DNA of 64,000 nucleotides, taken from Ruminococcaceae bacterium UBA7080. Lineage in GTDB: Bacteria; Bacillota; Clostridia; Oscillospirales; Acutalibacteraceae. The position numbers were made by a program, and so were the translations under genes. Below are positions 1 to 9,146 of this stretch, piece by piece. The DNA lies in NCBI GenBank assembly GCA_002493595.1, contig DKZG01000014.1, positions 609 to 64,608 on the forward strand, read 5' to 3'. Numbering within the stretch: position 1 is the stretch's first letter; every line of letters begins with the position of its first letter. Below the pieces are notes generated by a model that saw only the letters and a list, made by a program, of their open reading frames with translations, was not told the origin of the DNA and searched no databases.

Positions 1-1235
1 CGAGCGATGCTTCGAAAGAGCTTACAGCGTTATTTAAATTTAATATTCCTCAACGATGGAGTATAGCTCATCTTTATCAAGCTGTTATTAACAATGAACC
101 ACATATAAACAGTATTTCGTTTTTAACAACACTTGCCGGCTATGTTCATTGGCATCTCAGTGGTGAAAAAGTTTTAGGAATTGGCGAAGCATCAGGTATG
201 TTTCCGATAAACAGTGAAGCAAATAACTATGATGCCGAAATGATGAAAGCCTTTGACATTTTGTTAGCAGAAAGAAATATTCCTTGGAAGCTTAATGAAA
301 TTTTGCCTAAAGTTTTGCCTGCTGGTGAGAAAGCCGGATTCCTTACGCAGGAGGGAGCACGCCTTATAGACCCTACCGGTACACTTAAGCCGGGGGCGGT
401 TTTGTGCCCTCCGGAGGGAGATGCCGGTACCGGTATGGTTGCTACAAACAGCGTAAGAGTTAAAACCGGTAATGTTTCTGCAGGTACTTCTATATTTTCA
501 ATGATTGTACTTGACAAGCTTCTCTCAAAGGTTTATGAAGAAATTGATATGGTAACTACCCCCACCGGTAAGCCGGTAGCAATGGTGCATTGTAATAACT
601 GCTGCACCGATCTGGATTGCTGGATCAGTCTTTTTATTCAGTTTTCCGATATGGCAGGCGTTAAGCTCAAAAAATCTCAAATTTATGACATGCTGTATCA
701 TGCAGCGCTTGAAGGCGATAAGTCATGCGGCGGAATCGTATCCTTTAATTATTTTTCGGGTGAGCCTGTTACTAAACTTAGCGGTGGAAGACCGCTTCTT
801 GTAAGAAACGAAAAATGTAATTTTAATCTTTCAAATTTTATTCGAGCACAAATTTACTCTGCTATGGCATCCCTTAAAATCGGAATGGATATTTTAAAGA
901 ATGAGAAGGTTGATATAGATACACTTATGGGTCACGGAGGCCTGTTTAAAACCAAGTATGTGGGACAAAAGCTCATGGCCGGTGCAATGGATACTCCTGT
1001 TGCAGTTATGGAAACTGCAGGTGAGGGCGGAGCCTGGGGTGCTGCTATACTTGCGAAATATACTGCTGACGCCGTGAATCAGCCTCTTGAAGATTATCTT
1101 GATGAAAGAGTGTTCAGTAAGTATAAAAGTACGGTTGAAGAGCCTGACCGAGATGATGTCCGAGGTTTTGAAGAGTATATGCAATTATATAAAAAAGCAA
1201 TCGCTGTTGAAGAAACAGCTGTTAAGACAATTTAA
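1..1235 (+). CDS. araB: L-ribulokinase-like FGGY carbohydrate kinase, 5'-truncated by window edge
   Basis: Frame of ORF 198..1235 is open back to base 3 (SDASKELTALFKFNIPQRWSIAHLYQ...). FGGY motifs GNVSAGTS, GHGGLFK and GEGGAWG; lies upstream of araA/araD. Confidence 0.85.
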   Translation, partial: SDASKELTALFKFNIPQRWSIAHLYQAVINNEPHINSISFLTTLAGYVHWHLSGEKVLGIGEASGMFPINSEANNYDAEMMKAFDILLAERNIPWKLNEILPKVLPAGEKAGFLTQEGARLIDPTGTLKPGAVLCPPEGDAGTGMVATNSVRVKTGNVSAGTSIFSMIVLDKLLSKVYEEIDMVTTPTGKPVAMVHCNNCCTDLDCWISLFIQFSDMAGVKLKKSQIYDMLYHAALEGDKSCGGIVSFNYFSGEPVTKLSGGRPLLVRNEKCNFNLSNFIRAQIYSAMASLKIGMDILKNEKVDIDTLMGHGGLFKTKYVGQKLMAGAMDTPVAVMETAGEGGAWGAAILAKYTADAVNQPLEDYLDERVFSKYKSTVEEPDRDDVRGFEEYMQLYKKAIAVEETAVKTI

Positions 1236-1250
1236 GGAGATTAATGTATT

Positions 1251-2726
1251 ATGGCTCTTAATGATTATAAATTTTGGTTTGTTGTGGGTACGCAGCATTT
1301 GTATGGAGAAGAAATTTTTGAAGACATCAATTCTCATGCCTGCGAAATGTGCAAAGCGTGGTCTGACAAGCTTTCTTGTGAAGTAATTGCCAAGCCGTGT
1401 GTTAAAACATCTGCAGAAATTCTTGAAATAATGCGCCGGGCCAATGCGGATTGCAGCTGTGCTGGTGTTATTACCTGGATGCATACCTTTTCACCGTCAA
1501 AAATGTGGATTGCAGGTCTTAATGAGCTTTCAAAGCCATATCTTCATGTGAATACACAATACAACAGAGATATTCCATGGGATAAAATTGATATGGACTT
1601 TATGAATCTTAATCAGTCTGCTCATGGTGACAGGGAACACGGGTATATTCATTCCAGAATGAGAAAAAAGGTTAAAGTGGCGGCAGGCTATTGGAAGGAT
1701 GAGCTGTTTTGCCAAAAGATAGATATTTGGATGCGTGCAGCAGTGGGTGCTGCTGAATCAAGAAAACTAAGAGTTTTGCGTATATCCGATAACATGAGAA
1801 ACGTTGCAGTTACCGACGGTGATAAAATTGAGGCCCAGATTAAGCTGGGATGGCAGGTTGATCATTACGGAGTAGGGGATATAATAAAGCTGGTTGATGC
1901 TGTTGATGAAAAGGAAATTGATATCCAAATGTCAGAATATGAAAAATATTATGATATGGATACAGATAATATAGACGCTGTACGTTATCAAGCCAGAGAA
2001 GAGATTGCATTAAAAAAATTCCTTGATGAGAATGGCTTCGGTGCTTTTCACACGAATTTTGAGGATTTGCAGCAGCTTAAGCAGCTTCCGGGTCTTGCAG
2101 CTCAGGATTTAATGAGACAGGGATACGGTTTTGGTGCCGAGGGTGACTGGAAGGTTGCAGCAATGACTCGAATTATGAAGCTGATGGCTGAAGGTATGAA
2201 GGGCGGGGGTACAGCCTTTATGGAGGATTATACCTATCACTTCGAGCCGGGAAACGAGATGCTGTTAGGTTCGCATATGTTGGAGGTTTGTCCGACAATT
2301 GCTGCGGATAAACCTAAGATCCAGGTGCATCCATTGAGCATTGGCGACAGAGAGGATCCCGCTCGATTGGTATTTAAAGCCCAGACGGGTAATGCGATTG
2401 TAGTTACGCTTGTTGATATGGGTGACAGGCTAAGAATGATTGTTAATGATGTTGTTTGCAAAATGCAGGAAAATGATATGCCCAATCTTCCCGTAGCAGG
2501 TGTTTTGTGGAAACCGCTGCCCTGTCTTCAAACTTCAGCTGAAGCGTGGATTTATGCCGGCGGTGCGCATCATTCTGTTTTATCATATACACTTACAGCT
2601 GATCATATGAGAGATTTTGCCGAAATTATGGATATTGAATTTATTCATATTAATAAAGATACAGAGATTAACGCATTCAAAAAAGAGCTGTTTTATAATG
2701 ATGTTGCATATAGGCTCAAAATGTAA
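1251..2726 (+). CDS. araA: L-arabinose isomerase
   Basis: FWFVVGTQHLYG, WMHTFSPSKMW, LNQSAHGDREHG, GYGFGAEGDWK, FMEDYTY, LGSHMLEVCP, GGAHH motifs. Confidence 0.97.
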   Translation: MALNDYKFWFVVGTQHLYGEEIFEDINSHACEMCKAWSDKLSCEVIAKPCVKTSAEILEIMRRANADCSCAGVITWMHTFSPSKMWIAGLNELSKPYLHVNTQYNRDIPWDKIDMDFMNLNQSAHGDREHGYIHSRMRKKVKVAAGYWKDELFCQKIDIWMRAAVGAAESRKLRVLRISDNMRNVAVTDGDKIEAQIKLGWQVDHYGVGDIIKLVDAVDEKEIDIQMSEYEKYYDMDTDNIDAVRYQAREEIALKKFLDENGFGAFHTNFEDLQQLKQLPGLAAQDLMRQGYGFGAEGDWKVAAMTRIMKLMAEGMKGGGTAFMEDYTYHFEPGNEMLLGSHMLEVCPTIAADKPKIQVHPLSIGDREDPARLVFKAQTGNAIVVTLVDMGDRLRMIVNDVVCKMQENDMPNLPVAGVLWKPLPCLQTSAEAWIYAGGAHHSVLSYTLTADHMRDFAEIMDIEFIHINKDTEINAFKKELFYNDVAYRLKM

Positions 2727-2737
2727 GGTGGCAAAAA

Positions 2738-3445
2738 ATGCTTGATGAATTAAAAGAAAAGGTTTTTAAAGCGAATTTACAGCTTGTTAAATATGGTTTA
2801 GTTGTTTTGACCTGGGGAAATGTTTCTGCAATAGATAAAAAAACAAATCTTATTGTAATAAAACCGTCAGGTGTTGCGTATGATATTATGAAAGCTTCTG
2901 ACATGGTTGTTGTGGACTTGCAGGGAAATAGAGTTGAAGGCGAGCTTAATCCTTCATCAGATACCCCAACACATATTGAGCTTTATAAAGCGTTTGAAGG
3001 GATCGGCAGCATCGTGCATACCCACTCGTCTTGGGCGTGTTCTTGGGCTCAGGCCGGTTGTGATATACCTGCTTATGGAACGACTCATGCTGATTTTGCC
3101 AATTGTGATATTCCCTGTGCAAGAGGTTTAACCAAAGATGAAGTTAACAGTGAGTATGAAGTGAATACAGGTAAAGTTATTGTAGAGGAATTCTCAAGGC
3201 GTTCAATAAATCCCGAAGAGTGTCCGGCTGTGCTGATTCACCGGCATGGACCTTTTGTTTGGGGAACAGATCCCGTTAAGGCAGTTGAAAATGCACTTGT
3301 TCTCGAAGAAATCGCTAAGATGGCAAGCCGAACGCAGCAATTAGCGCAGTATGGCAAATCTTCTGATATTGGAATTGAACAGTATCTTCTGGATAAGCAT
3401 TATCAAAGGAAGCATGGAAAGAATGCTTATTATGGACAAAAATAA
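2738..3445 (+). CDS. araD: L-ribulose-5-phosphate 4-epimerase
   Basis: TWGNVS, IKPSGV, PSSDTPTH, HTHS, GTTHAD, HGPFVWG, LLDKHYQRKHGKNAYYGQ. Confidence 0.97.
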   Translation: MLDELKEKVFKANLQLVKYGLVVLTWGNVSAIDKKTNLIVIKPSGVAYDIMKASDMVVVDLQGNRVEGELNPSSDTPTHIELYKAFEGIGSIVHTHSSWACSWAQAGCDIPAYGTTHADFANCDIPCARGLTKDEVNSEYEVNTGKVIVEEFSRRSINPEECPAVLIHRHGPFVWGTDPVKAVENALVLEEIAKMASRTQQLAQYGKSSDIGIEQYLLDKHYQRKHGKNAYYGQK

Positions 3446-3463
3446 TAGTTTAGGAGAATAAAA

Positions 3464-5209
3464 ATGAATAAGAAATTATCTTTAATCCTTGCTTTGGCAG
3501 TTATGCTGATTTGCTCTCTTTTTGCATTTCATGCATTTGCTGAAGATGGTACAGGTACTACACTCCCCGATGTGCCTCCTGTTGCTGAGCAAATTGCTAT
3601 CGGCAGCAGCAATACATCAATCAGTCTCAGCACAAGCTCTTATAGTTATAATGGTAAAGCAAAGACACCTGCTGTTACTGTTAAATTTACCGGCAGCGGC
3701 AGCAAAGCGATTACGCTTTCAAAAGGCGTTGACTATAAAGTGAGCTATTCGAACAATATCAATGCAGGTAAAGCAACTGTCAAGATTGAAGGTATAGGTG
3801 ATTACAGCGGTACAGTAATCAAAAATTTCACGATAAAACCTGTCAGCGTTGCATCAAAATCTGTTTCTGTTTCTTTGAGCTATTATAATGGAGTTTATTC
3901 CGGTAAAAGCAAAACACCAATACCGACTGTGTATTGGAATAATGGCAAATCAAAAGTCAAACTGGTTAAAGGACGCGATTATACAGTTTCATATTCTAAT
4001 AATAAAAATATGGGAAAGGCAACTGTAATTATTAAGGGAATTAAAAACTTTAATTCAACAGTGAAAAAGGATTTTAAAATTCTTCCAAAGCAGACTACCG
4101 GTCTTAAAATTTCCGGCACATCCGTAAATTCTGTTTCCTTAAAATGGTCAAAGCAAAGTTATGTTTCAGGCTATCAGGTATTAAGATATGATGCAGACAA
4201 AAAGAAATTTGTTCAGGTAAAGCGCTTGTCTGCAAATGCTACAAGCTGTACTGTTTCAGGTCTCGGTTCGGCAACTTCTTATCGTTTTAAGGTAAGAGCG
4301 TTTAAGCAGCTCAGTGACGGTAAAACAAATTATTACGGTGCTTACAGCTCTGAGGCTTCGACAGTAACGAAGCCTGCTCGTGTTACTCTAACCTCTGTGA
4401 CCAAGAGTGGTTCTTCAATTCGTGTGGAATGGAAAAAGACAAAAGCATCAGGCTATCATATTTATTACAGCACGGACAGCAAATTTAAAAAGAATGTAAA
4501 AAAGATAACAGTGAAAGGCTCTTCAAAGACCTCATATAAAATTAATAAAGTAAATAAAAAGGCTACTTATTATGTAAAGGTAAGAGCTTATTATAATCAT
4601 AATAAATCAACACTTATAGGTGCGTTCAGCTCAAGCTTAAGTACATATTATTCAAATCTTTATGCTTCCTATACATCGAATTATGTCAATAATGCCAATA
4701 GAACAAATAACCTTAAAATAGCTTCAAAAGCTATTTCGGGTACAATTATTAAGCCCGGTCAGACTTTTTCATTTAATAATGTGGTAGGTCCTCGTACATC
4801 TTCCAGAGGATATAAGGCAGCTCCTGTCTTTTCATCTTCCACAAACACTGAGGATGGAATCGGCGGAGGTATTTGTCAGGTTGCATCTACCATGTTTAAT
4901 TGTGCATTAAATGCAAATGTGGGCATTGTTGAGCGGCATCAGCATTCACAAAGAGTATCTTATGTTCCTTTAGGCAGAGATGCTGCTATTTATGGTACAG
5001 TACAGGATTTCAGATGGAAGAACACTACCAAATATCCTATCAGAGTTGTTATGACTGTTAAAAATGGCAAAATTACTTGCAGTTTCTATACTTGTGCAAA
5101 GGTCAAGCCGGCTAAGGTTGCCTTAAAAGTTTCAAGAAGCGGTAAGAATTTTACGCTCAGAAGAAGTGTGAATGGCAGGGTAAATTATACTTGCAAGTCA
5201 AAATATTAA
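3464..5209 (+). CDS. Secreted/surface protein: signal peptide + 2 Ig-like repeats + 2 FN3 domains + VanW-like domain
   Basis: Signal peptide ending AFA-E; FN3-like segments (VSLKWSK...GYQV..Y; IRVEWKK..ASGYHIYY); VanW motifs RTNNLKIA, GQTFSFNNVVGPR, GGGICQVASTMFN, ERHQHS, GRDAAI. Confidence 0.85.
   Translation: MNKKLSLILALAVMLICSLFAFHAFAEDGTGTTLPDVPPVAEQIAIGSSNTSISLSTSSYSYNGKAKTPAVTVKFTGSGSKAITLSKGVDYKVSYSNNINAGKATVKIEGIGDYSGTVIKNFTIKPVSVASKSVSVSLSYYNGVYSGKSKTPIPTVYWNNGKSKVKLVKGRDYTVSYSNNKNMGKATVIIKGIKNFNSTVKKDFKILPKQTTGLKISGTSVNSVSLKWSKQSYVSGYQVLRYDADKKKFVQVKRLSANATSCTVSGLGSATSYRFKVRAFKQLSDGKTNYYGAYSSEASTVTKPARVTLTSVTKSGSSIRVEWKKTKASGYHIYYSTDSKFKKNVKKITVKGSSKTSYKINKVNKKATYYVKVRAYYNHNKSTLIGAFSSSLSTYYSNLYASYTSNYVNNANRTNNLKIASKAISGTIIKPGQTFSFNNVVGPRTSSRGYKAAPVFSSSTNTEDGIGGGICQVASTMFNCALNANVGIVERHQHSQRVSYVPLGRDAAIYGTVQDFRWKNTTKYPIRVVMTVKNGKITCSFYTCAKVKPAKVALKVSRSGKNFTLRRSVNGRVNYTCKSKY
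3623..4087 (+). repeat. Two ~73-aa internal protein repeats (3623-3841 and 3872-4087)
   Basis: Both read SLS..Y.GK.KTP...V....L.KG.DY.VSYSNN.N.GKATV.I.GI.....T..K.F.I.P. Confidence 0.85.
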
Positions 5210-5223
5210 TCTTTATATAGAAT

Positions 5224-5269
5224 AAAAGCAACAACCTCGGCAAGTGAACAAGTCAAGGCTGTTGCTTTT
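5224..5269 (+). terminator. Intrinsic terminator after the VanW gene
   Basis: AAAAGCAACAACC ... GGCTGTTGCTTTT inverted repeat, one mismatch. Confidence 0.7.
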
Positions 5270-5317
5270 AATTCCGTCCTTATTTAAACTAAAGGATTAT
5301 AAATTGTATTTTTTTAA

Positions 5318-5356
5318 AATTTATCCCACGGCAAACCAAATGCCGTGGGATAAATT
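5318..5356 (-). terminator. Hairpin/terminator after the SDR gene
   Basis: Perfect 16-bp inverted repeat AATTTATCCCACGGCA / TGCCGTGGGATAAATT with a 7-nt loop. Confidence 0.75.
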
Positions 5357-5362
5357 AATATA

Positions 5363-6925
5363 TTATCTCTTAATATCGTCCCATTTAACGCCGTTAATGT
5401 GGAAGAGATCATCAAATTTATAAACATTATGCTCTTCCTTAGTGTGGCTCGGATACCATACCTGTGCAAAGAATGGGTTAGTTTTAGCAACCTCATCATA
5501 GTTCCATTCCTTCTGAGGAATGTAGCACTCAGGACACCAGTGACCGCCAAGAAGGATAAGAGCAGGTGATGCTTCAAATTCTGCACCGCAAAGTCCGCAT
5601 TTCCACTTAAGCTTTGTAGCCATATCGCCTTTTGTCATGGTTTCACTTAAGCATTCGCCGCCACGGAATTTAGCTGCCATCTTCATGTCTTCGATATCGA
5701 GCTCAGACTCAGGCTTTGTTTCATCATAACCATGGTCAAGCTTAAACTGTTCAGCAGCACTGTTATCCTTATCAAACTTGATAATGTTGAAATCTTCCCA
5801 TTTTGTCGGAAGCTTTTCCCAATCAGCTTTTGAGCCATAGTAAGCACTCATACGAACCTTATCATCCTTAGCAGCCCAATCAAGAGTACCGAAATCAGGA
5901 GTTTGTGCAATTTTCTTCATGAATGGCTTTGCACATGCAGCAACAAGGTTCTTAGGAAGGTATCTTGGTATTTTAAAATAGAACTCAACCTGATCAGCAA
6001 GACGATTGAAATATTCCTGAACAGGGAGATTTTCACGGAAGTGAAGGAAATCTTCAAGCTTGTCACCATCAGCATAGAACTGACCATGGAAATTCTTTGT
6101 AATAAACCAATTCGGCTCGAAAAGCTTTTCAGGACCTGCAAGACCGAGTGTACCGAGAAGGAGACACTCAAATTCATAGTTAGAAATTCTGTATTCCTTA
6201 CCTGAACCGATATTAAAGAAGTGATTCCAGAAGTCAGAACCGAGATTACCTTTTTTATCTTCAAGAACAAGATTGCACATAAGTCGGCCTGAATCTTCAA
6301 CTGTACACCATTCCAGAACACCATTAATCGGTACGTGGAACATAATCGGATCCATATTCTTTAAGATGTTTGGATAAAGAATTCCGGACTGACGCATTAC
6401 AACCCAGTTTTTGATACCGCTTTCAACAAAAGTACGCTCTGCAACTGTCTTTGAAATTGCATAATGGTCATAGATAGAAATTTTAATTGGGTCACCGCAG
6501 CGTCCCCAGTGAATCGGATAGTTACGACCGCCTGTTTCAGCAACTGTACCTATGTAGCAAACCTTAACAGCATCCGGATCAGGCTGAGCAAGTACAGCCT
6601 TGCAGATACTCTGTGCAGCGCCGATATTTGTTGCCTGTGTTCTGTAAGGTTTCCAGTCAGCAGTAGGGGATACCATGCCGCCTACGTGAAGAACATAATC
6701 TGAGCCGGTTACACCCTCAAGAATTGAGTCGTAATCAGTAAGGTCACCCCAAACAATCTTTACGTTCGGCTTAGCCATAAGACCCTTTAATTTTTCTTCA
6801 TTCTTCGGACTTTTACGAGCAAGCATCTTGATGTTGATGTCGCTTGGGTGCTTGAGCATTTCCTGCACAGCAGCCCAGCCCATATTACCGGTACCGCCGG
6901 TAATAAATACGGTTTTCTTTGACAT
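5363..6925 (-). CDS. Extended SDR (NAD-dependent epimerase/dehydratase/3beta-HSD-like) with C-terminal Zn-ribbon
   Basis: Start MSKKTVF at 6925 behind AAGGAGG; TGGTGNMG Rossmann motif; YAISK (YxxxK); C-terminal RGGECLS...WKCGLCG...GHWCPEC. Confidence 0.85.
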   Translation of the reverse strand: MSKKTVFITGGTGNMGWAAVQEMLKHPSDINIKMLARKSPKNEEKLKGLMAKPNVKIVWGDLTDYDSILEGVTGSDYVLHVGGMVSPTADWKPYRTQATNIGAAQSICKAVLAQPDPDAVKVCYIGTVAETGGRNYPIHWGRCGDPIKISIYDHYAISKTVAERTFVESGIKNWVVMRQSGILYPNILKNMDPIMFHVPINGVLEWCTVEDSGRLMCNLVLEDKKGNLGSDFWNHFFNIGSGKEYRISNYEFECLLLGTLGLAGPEKLFEPNWFITKNFHGQFYADGDKLEDFLHFRENLPVQEYFNRLADQVEFYFKIPRYLPKNLVAACAKPFMKKIAQTPDFGTLDWAAKDDKVRMSAYYGSKADWEKLPTKWEDFNIIKFDKDNSAAEQFKLDHGYDETKPESELDIEDMKMAAKFRGGECLSETMTKGDMATKLKWKCGLCGAEFEASPALILLGGHWCPECYIPQKEWNYDEVAKTNPFFAQVWYPSHTKEEHNVYKFDDLFHINGVKWDDIKR

Positions 6926-6971
6926 AATTTTTCCTCCTTGATGTGCTTTCGCATAAATTACATACAACTAA

Positions 6972-7000
6972 ATTATAAACTAATTATAAACAAATTGCAA
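6972..7000 (-). promoter_or_regulatory. sigmaA promoter of the SDR gene
   Basis: Minus strand TTGCAA-N17-TATAAT. Confidence 0.75.
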
Positions 7001-7080
7001 CACTATTCATGAAAAATATCAGGAATAATTTGATGTTTTTATTAATAAATTTATAATACTAAATTATATATAAATAACTG

Positions 7081-7109
7081 TTGACAAGATTCATACTTTG
7101 ATGTATTAT
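7081..7109 (+). promoter_or_regulatory. sigmaA promoter of the SAM riboswitch/metK
   Basis: TTGACA-N17-TATTAT just upstream of the aptamer. Confidence 0.8.
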
Positions 7110-7125
7110 TTAAGAAATGAATATT

Positions 7126-7218
7126 GCTTATCAAGAGTGGCTGAGGGACAGGCCCTGTGATGCCACAGCAACCTGCTTTTTGTAAGGTGCTAATACCTGC
7201 GTACACCGAGTGATGAGG
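7126..7218 (+). ncRNA. SAM-I (S-box) riboswitch aptamer
   Basis: CTTATCAAGAG-TGGCTGAGGGACAGGCCC-TGTGATGCCACAGCAACC...AAGGTGCTAATACC...GATGAG, directly upstream of metK. Confidence 0.95.
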
Positions 7219-7225
7219 TTTTTTG

Positions 7226-7254
7226 ACACACATACTCGCCTATGTGTGTTTTTT
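7226..7254 (+). terminator. Expression-platform terminator of the SAM-I riboswitch
   Basis: ACACACATA-ctcgcc-TATGTGTGT plus T run. Alternative pairing GAGT(G)ATG 7208-7215 with CATACTC 7231-7237 gives an antiterminator. Confidence 0.85.
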
Positions 7255-7284
7255 ATTATTTATGTTCATAAAGGAGAGAATATA

Positions 7285-8463
7285 ATGTCAAAGTTTTTAT
7301 TTACAAGCGAGTCTGTTACGAAAGGCCATCCTGATAAAATCTGTGACCGAATTTCAGACGCTATATTAGATGAAATGCTTGCTCAGGACCCGATGAGTCG
7401 TGTTGCGTGTGAAACCACCTGCACAACAGGTCAGGTTCTGGTTATGGGTGAAATTACAACATGTGCACAAGTTGATATTCCTGCAATTGTCCGCAAAACC
7501 ATTTGTGAAATTGGTTATGATGATGATAAAAAAGGCTTTAACGGCAATACATGTGCTGTTCTAACTGCCCTTGACAAACAGTCGAGTGATATTGCAATGG
7601 GTGTTGATAAATCTTATGAACTTAAAAATGACGAAGAGGATGAGTATAATTTAAATGGTGCAGGCGACCAGGGTATGATGTTTGGATATGCATGCAACGA
7701 AACGAAAGAGCTTATGCCGCTTCCTATCAGCCTTGCTCACAGGCTTGCTGTTAAGCTGACTGAGGTCAGAGAGAACGGAACACTCCCTTACCTCTATGCT
7801 GACGGTAAAACGCAGGTTACGGTTGAATATGAAGACGGAAAACCGGTTGCAGTTAAAACCGTTGTCGTATCAAGCCAGCATAGCGCCGATGTAGAGCTTG
7901 CACAGCTTCGTGAGGACATTATTGAAAAGGTTATTAAATCGACTATCCCTAAGGAACTTATCAGCGAAGAAACTGTGTACTATGTTAATCCTACCGGCCG
8001 ATTTGTTATTGGCGGACCTAACGGTGATTCAGGTTTGACCGGCAGAAAGATTATTGTTGATACATATGGCGGATATGCGCGTCACGGTGGTGGTGCTTTC
8101 AGCGGCAAGGATCCGACAAAAGTTGACAGAAGTGCGGCATATGCAGCACGCTGGGTTGCTAAAAACATTGTTGCTGCAGGTCTTGCAGATAAATGCGAAG
8201 TTGAGCTCGCTTATGCAATCGGTGTGGCAAAGCCTGTATCGGTTATGGTTGATACCTTTGCAACAGGGAAGATTGATGATGAAAAAATCAGTGAGATTGT
8301 TAATAAGGTATTTGATCTCAGGCCTTCTGCCATTATTGAGAGACTCGACCTCAGAAAGCCAATTTATAAGAATGTTTCTGCTTACGGGCATATGGGGCGT
8401 GAGGATCTGGATGTTTCCTGGGAAAAAGCAGATATGGTCGATGAGATAAAAAAATATATGTAA
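7285..8463 (+). CDS. metK: S-adenosylmethionine synthetase
   Basis: [48 protein letters not shown]. Start at 7285 behind AAGGAG. Confidence 0.98.
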   Translation: MSKFLFTSESVTKGHPDKICDRISDAILDEMLAQDPMSRVACETTCTTGQVLVMGEITTCAQVDIPAIVRKTICEIGYDDDKKGFNGNTCAVLTALDKQSSDIAMGVDKSYELKNDEEDEYNLNGAGDQGMMFGYACNETKELMPLPISLAHRLAVKLTEVRENGTLPYLYADGKTQVTVEYEDGKPVAVKTVVVSSQHSADVELAQLREDIIEKVIKSTIPKELISEETVYYVNPTGRFVIGGPNGDSGLTGRKIIVDTYGGYARHGGGAFSGKDPTKVDRSAAYAARWVAKNIVAAGLADKCEVELAYAIGVAKPVSVMVDTFATGKIDDEKISEIVNKVFDLRPSAIIERLDLRKPIYKNVSAYGHMGREDLDVSWEKADMVDEIKKYM

Positions 8464-8497
8464 CTATTGCGCAGTAATTATTTGATTGGATTTTATT

Positions 8498-9094
8498 ATG
8501 GATAATAAACCTGAAGTTCCTTTGAATTGCCTTTTTCAAGGTTGTTATAATCCTGTTTTTGAAGCTGAAATAAGCAGATGTAAGGATAAGTGTTATAAAT
8601 ATAATCAACTGAATCCAAATGACAGGGAAGCTCAGTATAAAATTCTTAAGGATTTGTTAGGTTCAATTGGTAAGGAGGTTATCATAACTCCACCCTTTTG
8701 GTGTGATTATGGGTATAATATAACAGTCGGTAATTCCTTTTATTCAAATCATAATTTGATAATTACTGATGGTGCAAAGGTGAAATTTGGAAATAATGTT
8801 TTTATAGCTCCGAATTGCTGCTTCACAACAGCTGAACATCCGATAGATCCTGAGCAGCGCAAATCCGGTCTTGAAATTGCAAATCCCATTACAGTGGGAA
8901 ATAATGTATGGATTGGTGCAGGTTCGACCATTCTTGCCGGTGTGACAATCGGCGATAATACTGTGATTGGTGCCGGAAGTGTAGTTACCAAATCAATTCC
9001 CCAAAATGTAGTTGCAGTCGGTGTGCCTTGCAAGGTTATGCGGGAAATAACTGATAGTGACAAATATCGTTATCGATTATTTAATCATAAATAG
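8498..9094 (+). CDS. maa: Maltose/galactoside O-acetyltransferase (hexapeptide repeat)
   Basis: PPFWCDYGYNI, hexapeptide repeats, NVWIGAG, VAVGVPCKV. Alternative start at 8486. Confidence 0.85.
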   Translation: MDNKPEVPLNCLFQGCYNPVFEAEISRCKDKCYKYNQLNPNDREAQYKILKDLLGSIGKEVIITPPFWCDYGYNITVGNSFYSNHNLIITDGAKVKFGNNVFIAPNCCFTTAEHPIDPEQRKSGLEIANPITVGNNVWIGAGSTILAGVTIGDNTVIGAGSVVTKSIPQNVVAVGVPCKVMREITDSDKYRYRLFNHK

Positions 9095-9102
9095 ATAATA
9101 AT

Positions 9103-9143
9103 AAATCTCCCTAAGCTTTGAAAACAAGCATTAGGGAGATTTT
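9103..9143. terminator. Bidirectional terminator between maa and proC
   Basis: AAATCTCCCTAA ... TTAGGGAGATTT inverted repeat between convergent genes. Confidence 0.8.
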
Positions 9144-9146
9144 GTT

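Noticed and set aside
7051-7284. ORF 7051..7233 and the 5' extension of metK from 7210
   Set aside because: They overlap the SAM-I riboswitch and its terminator; the RBS supports 7285.
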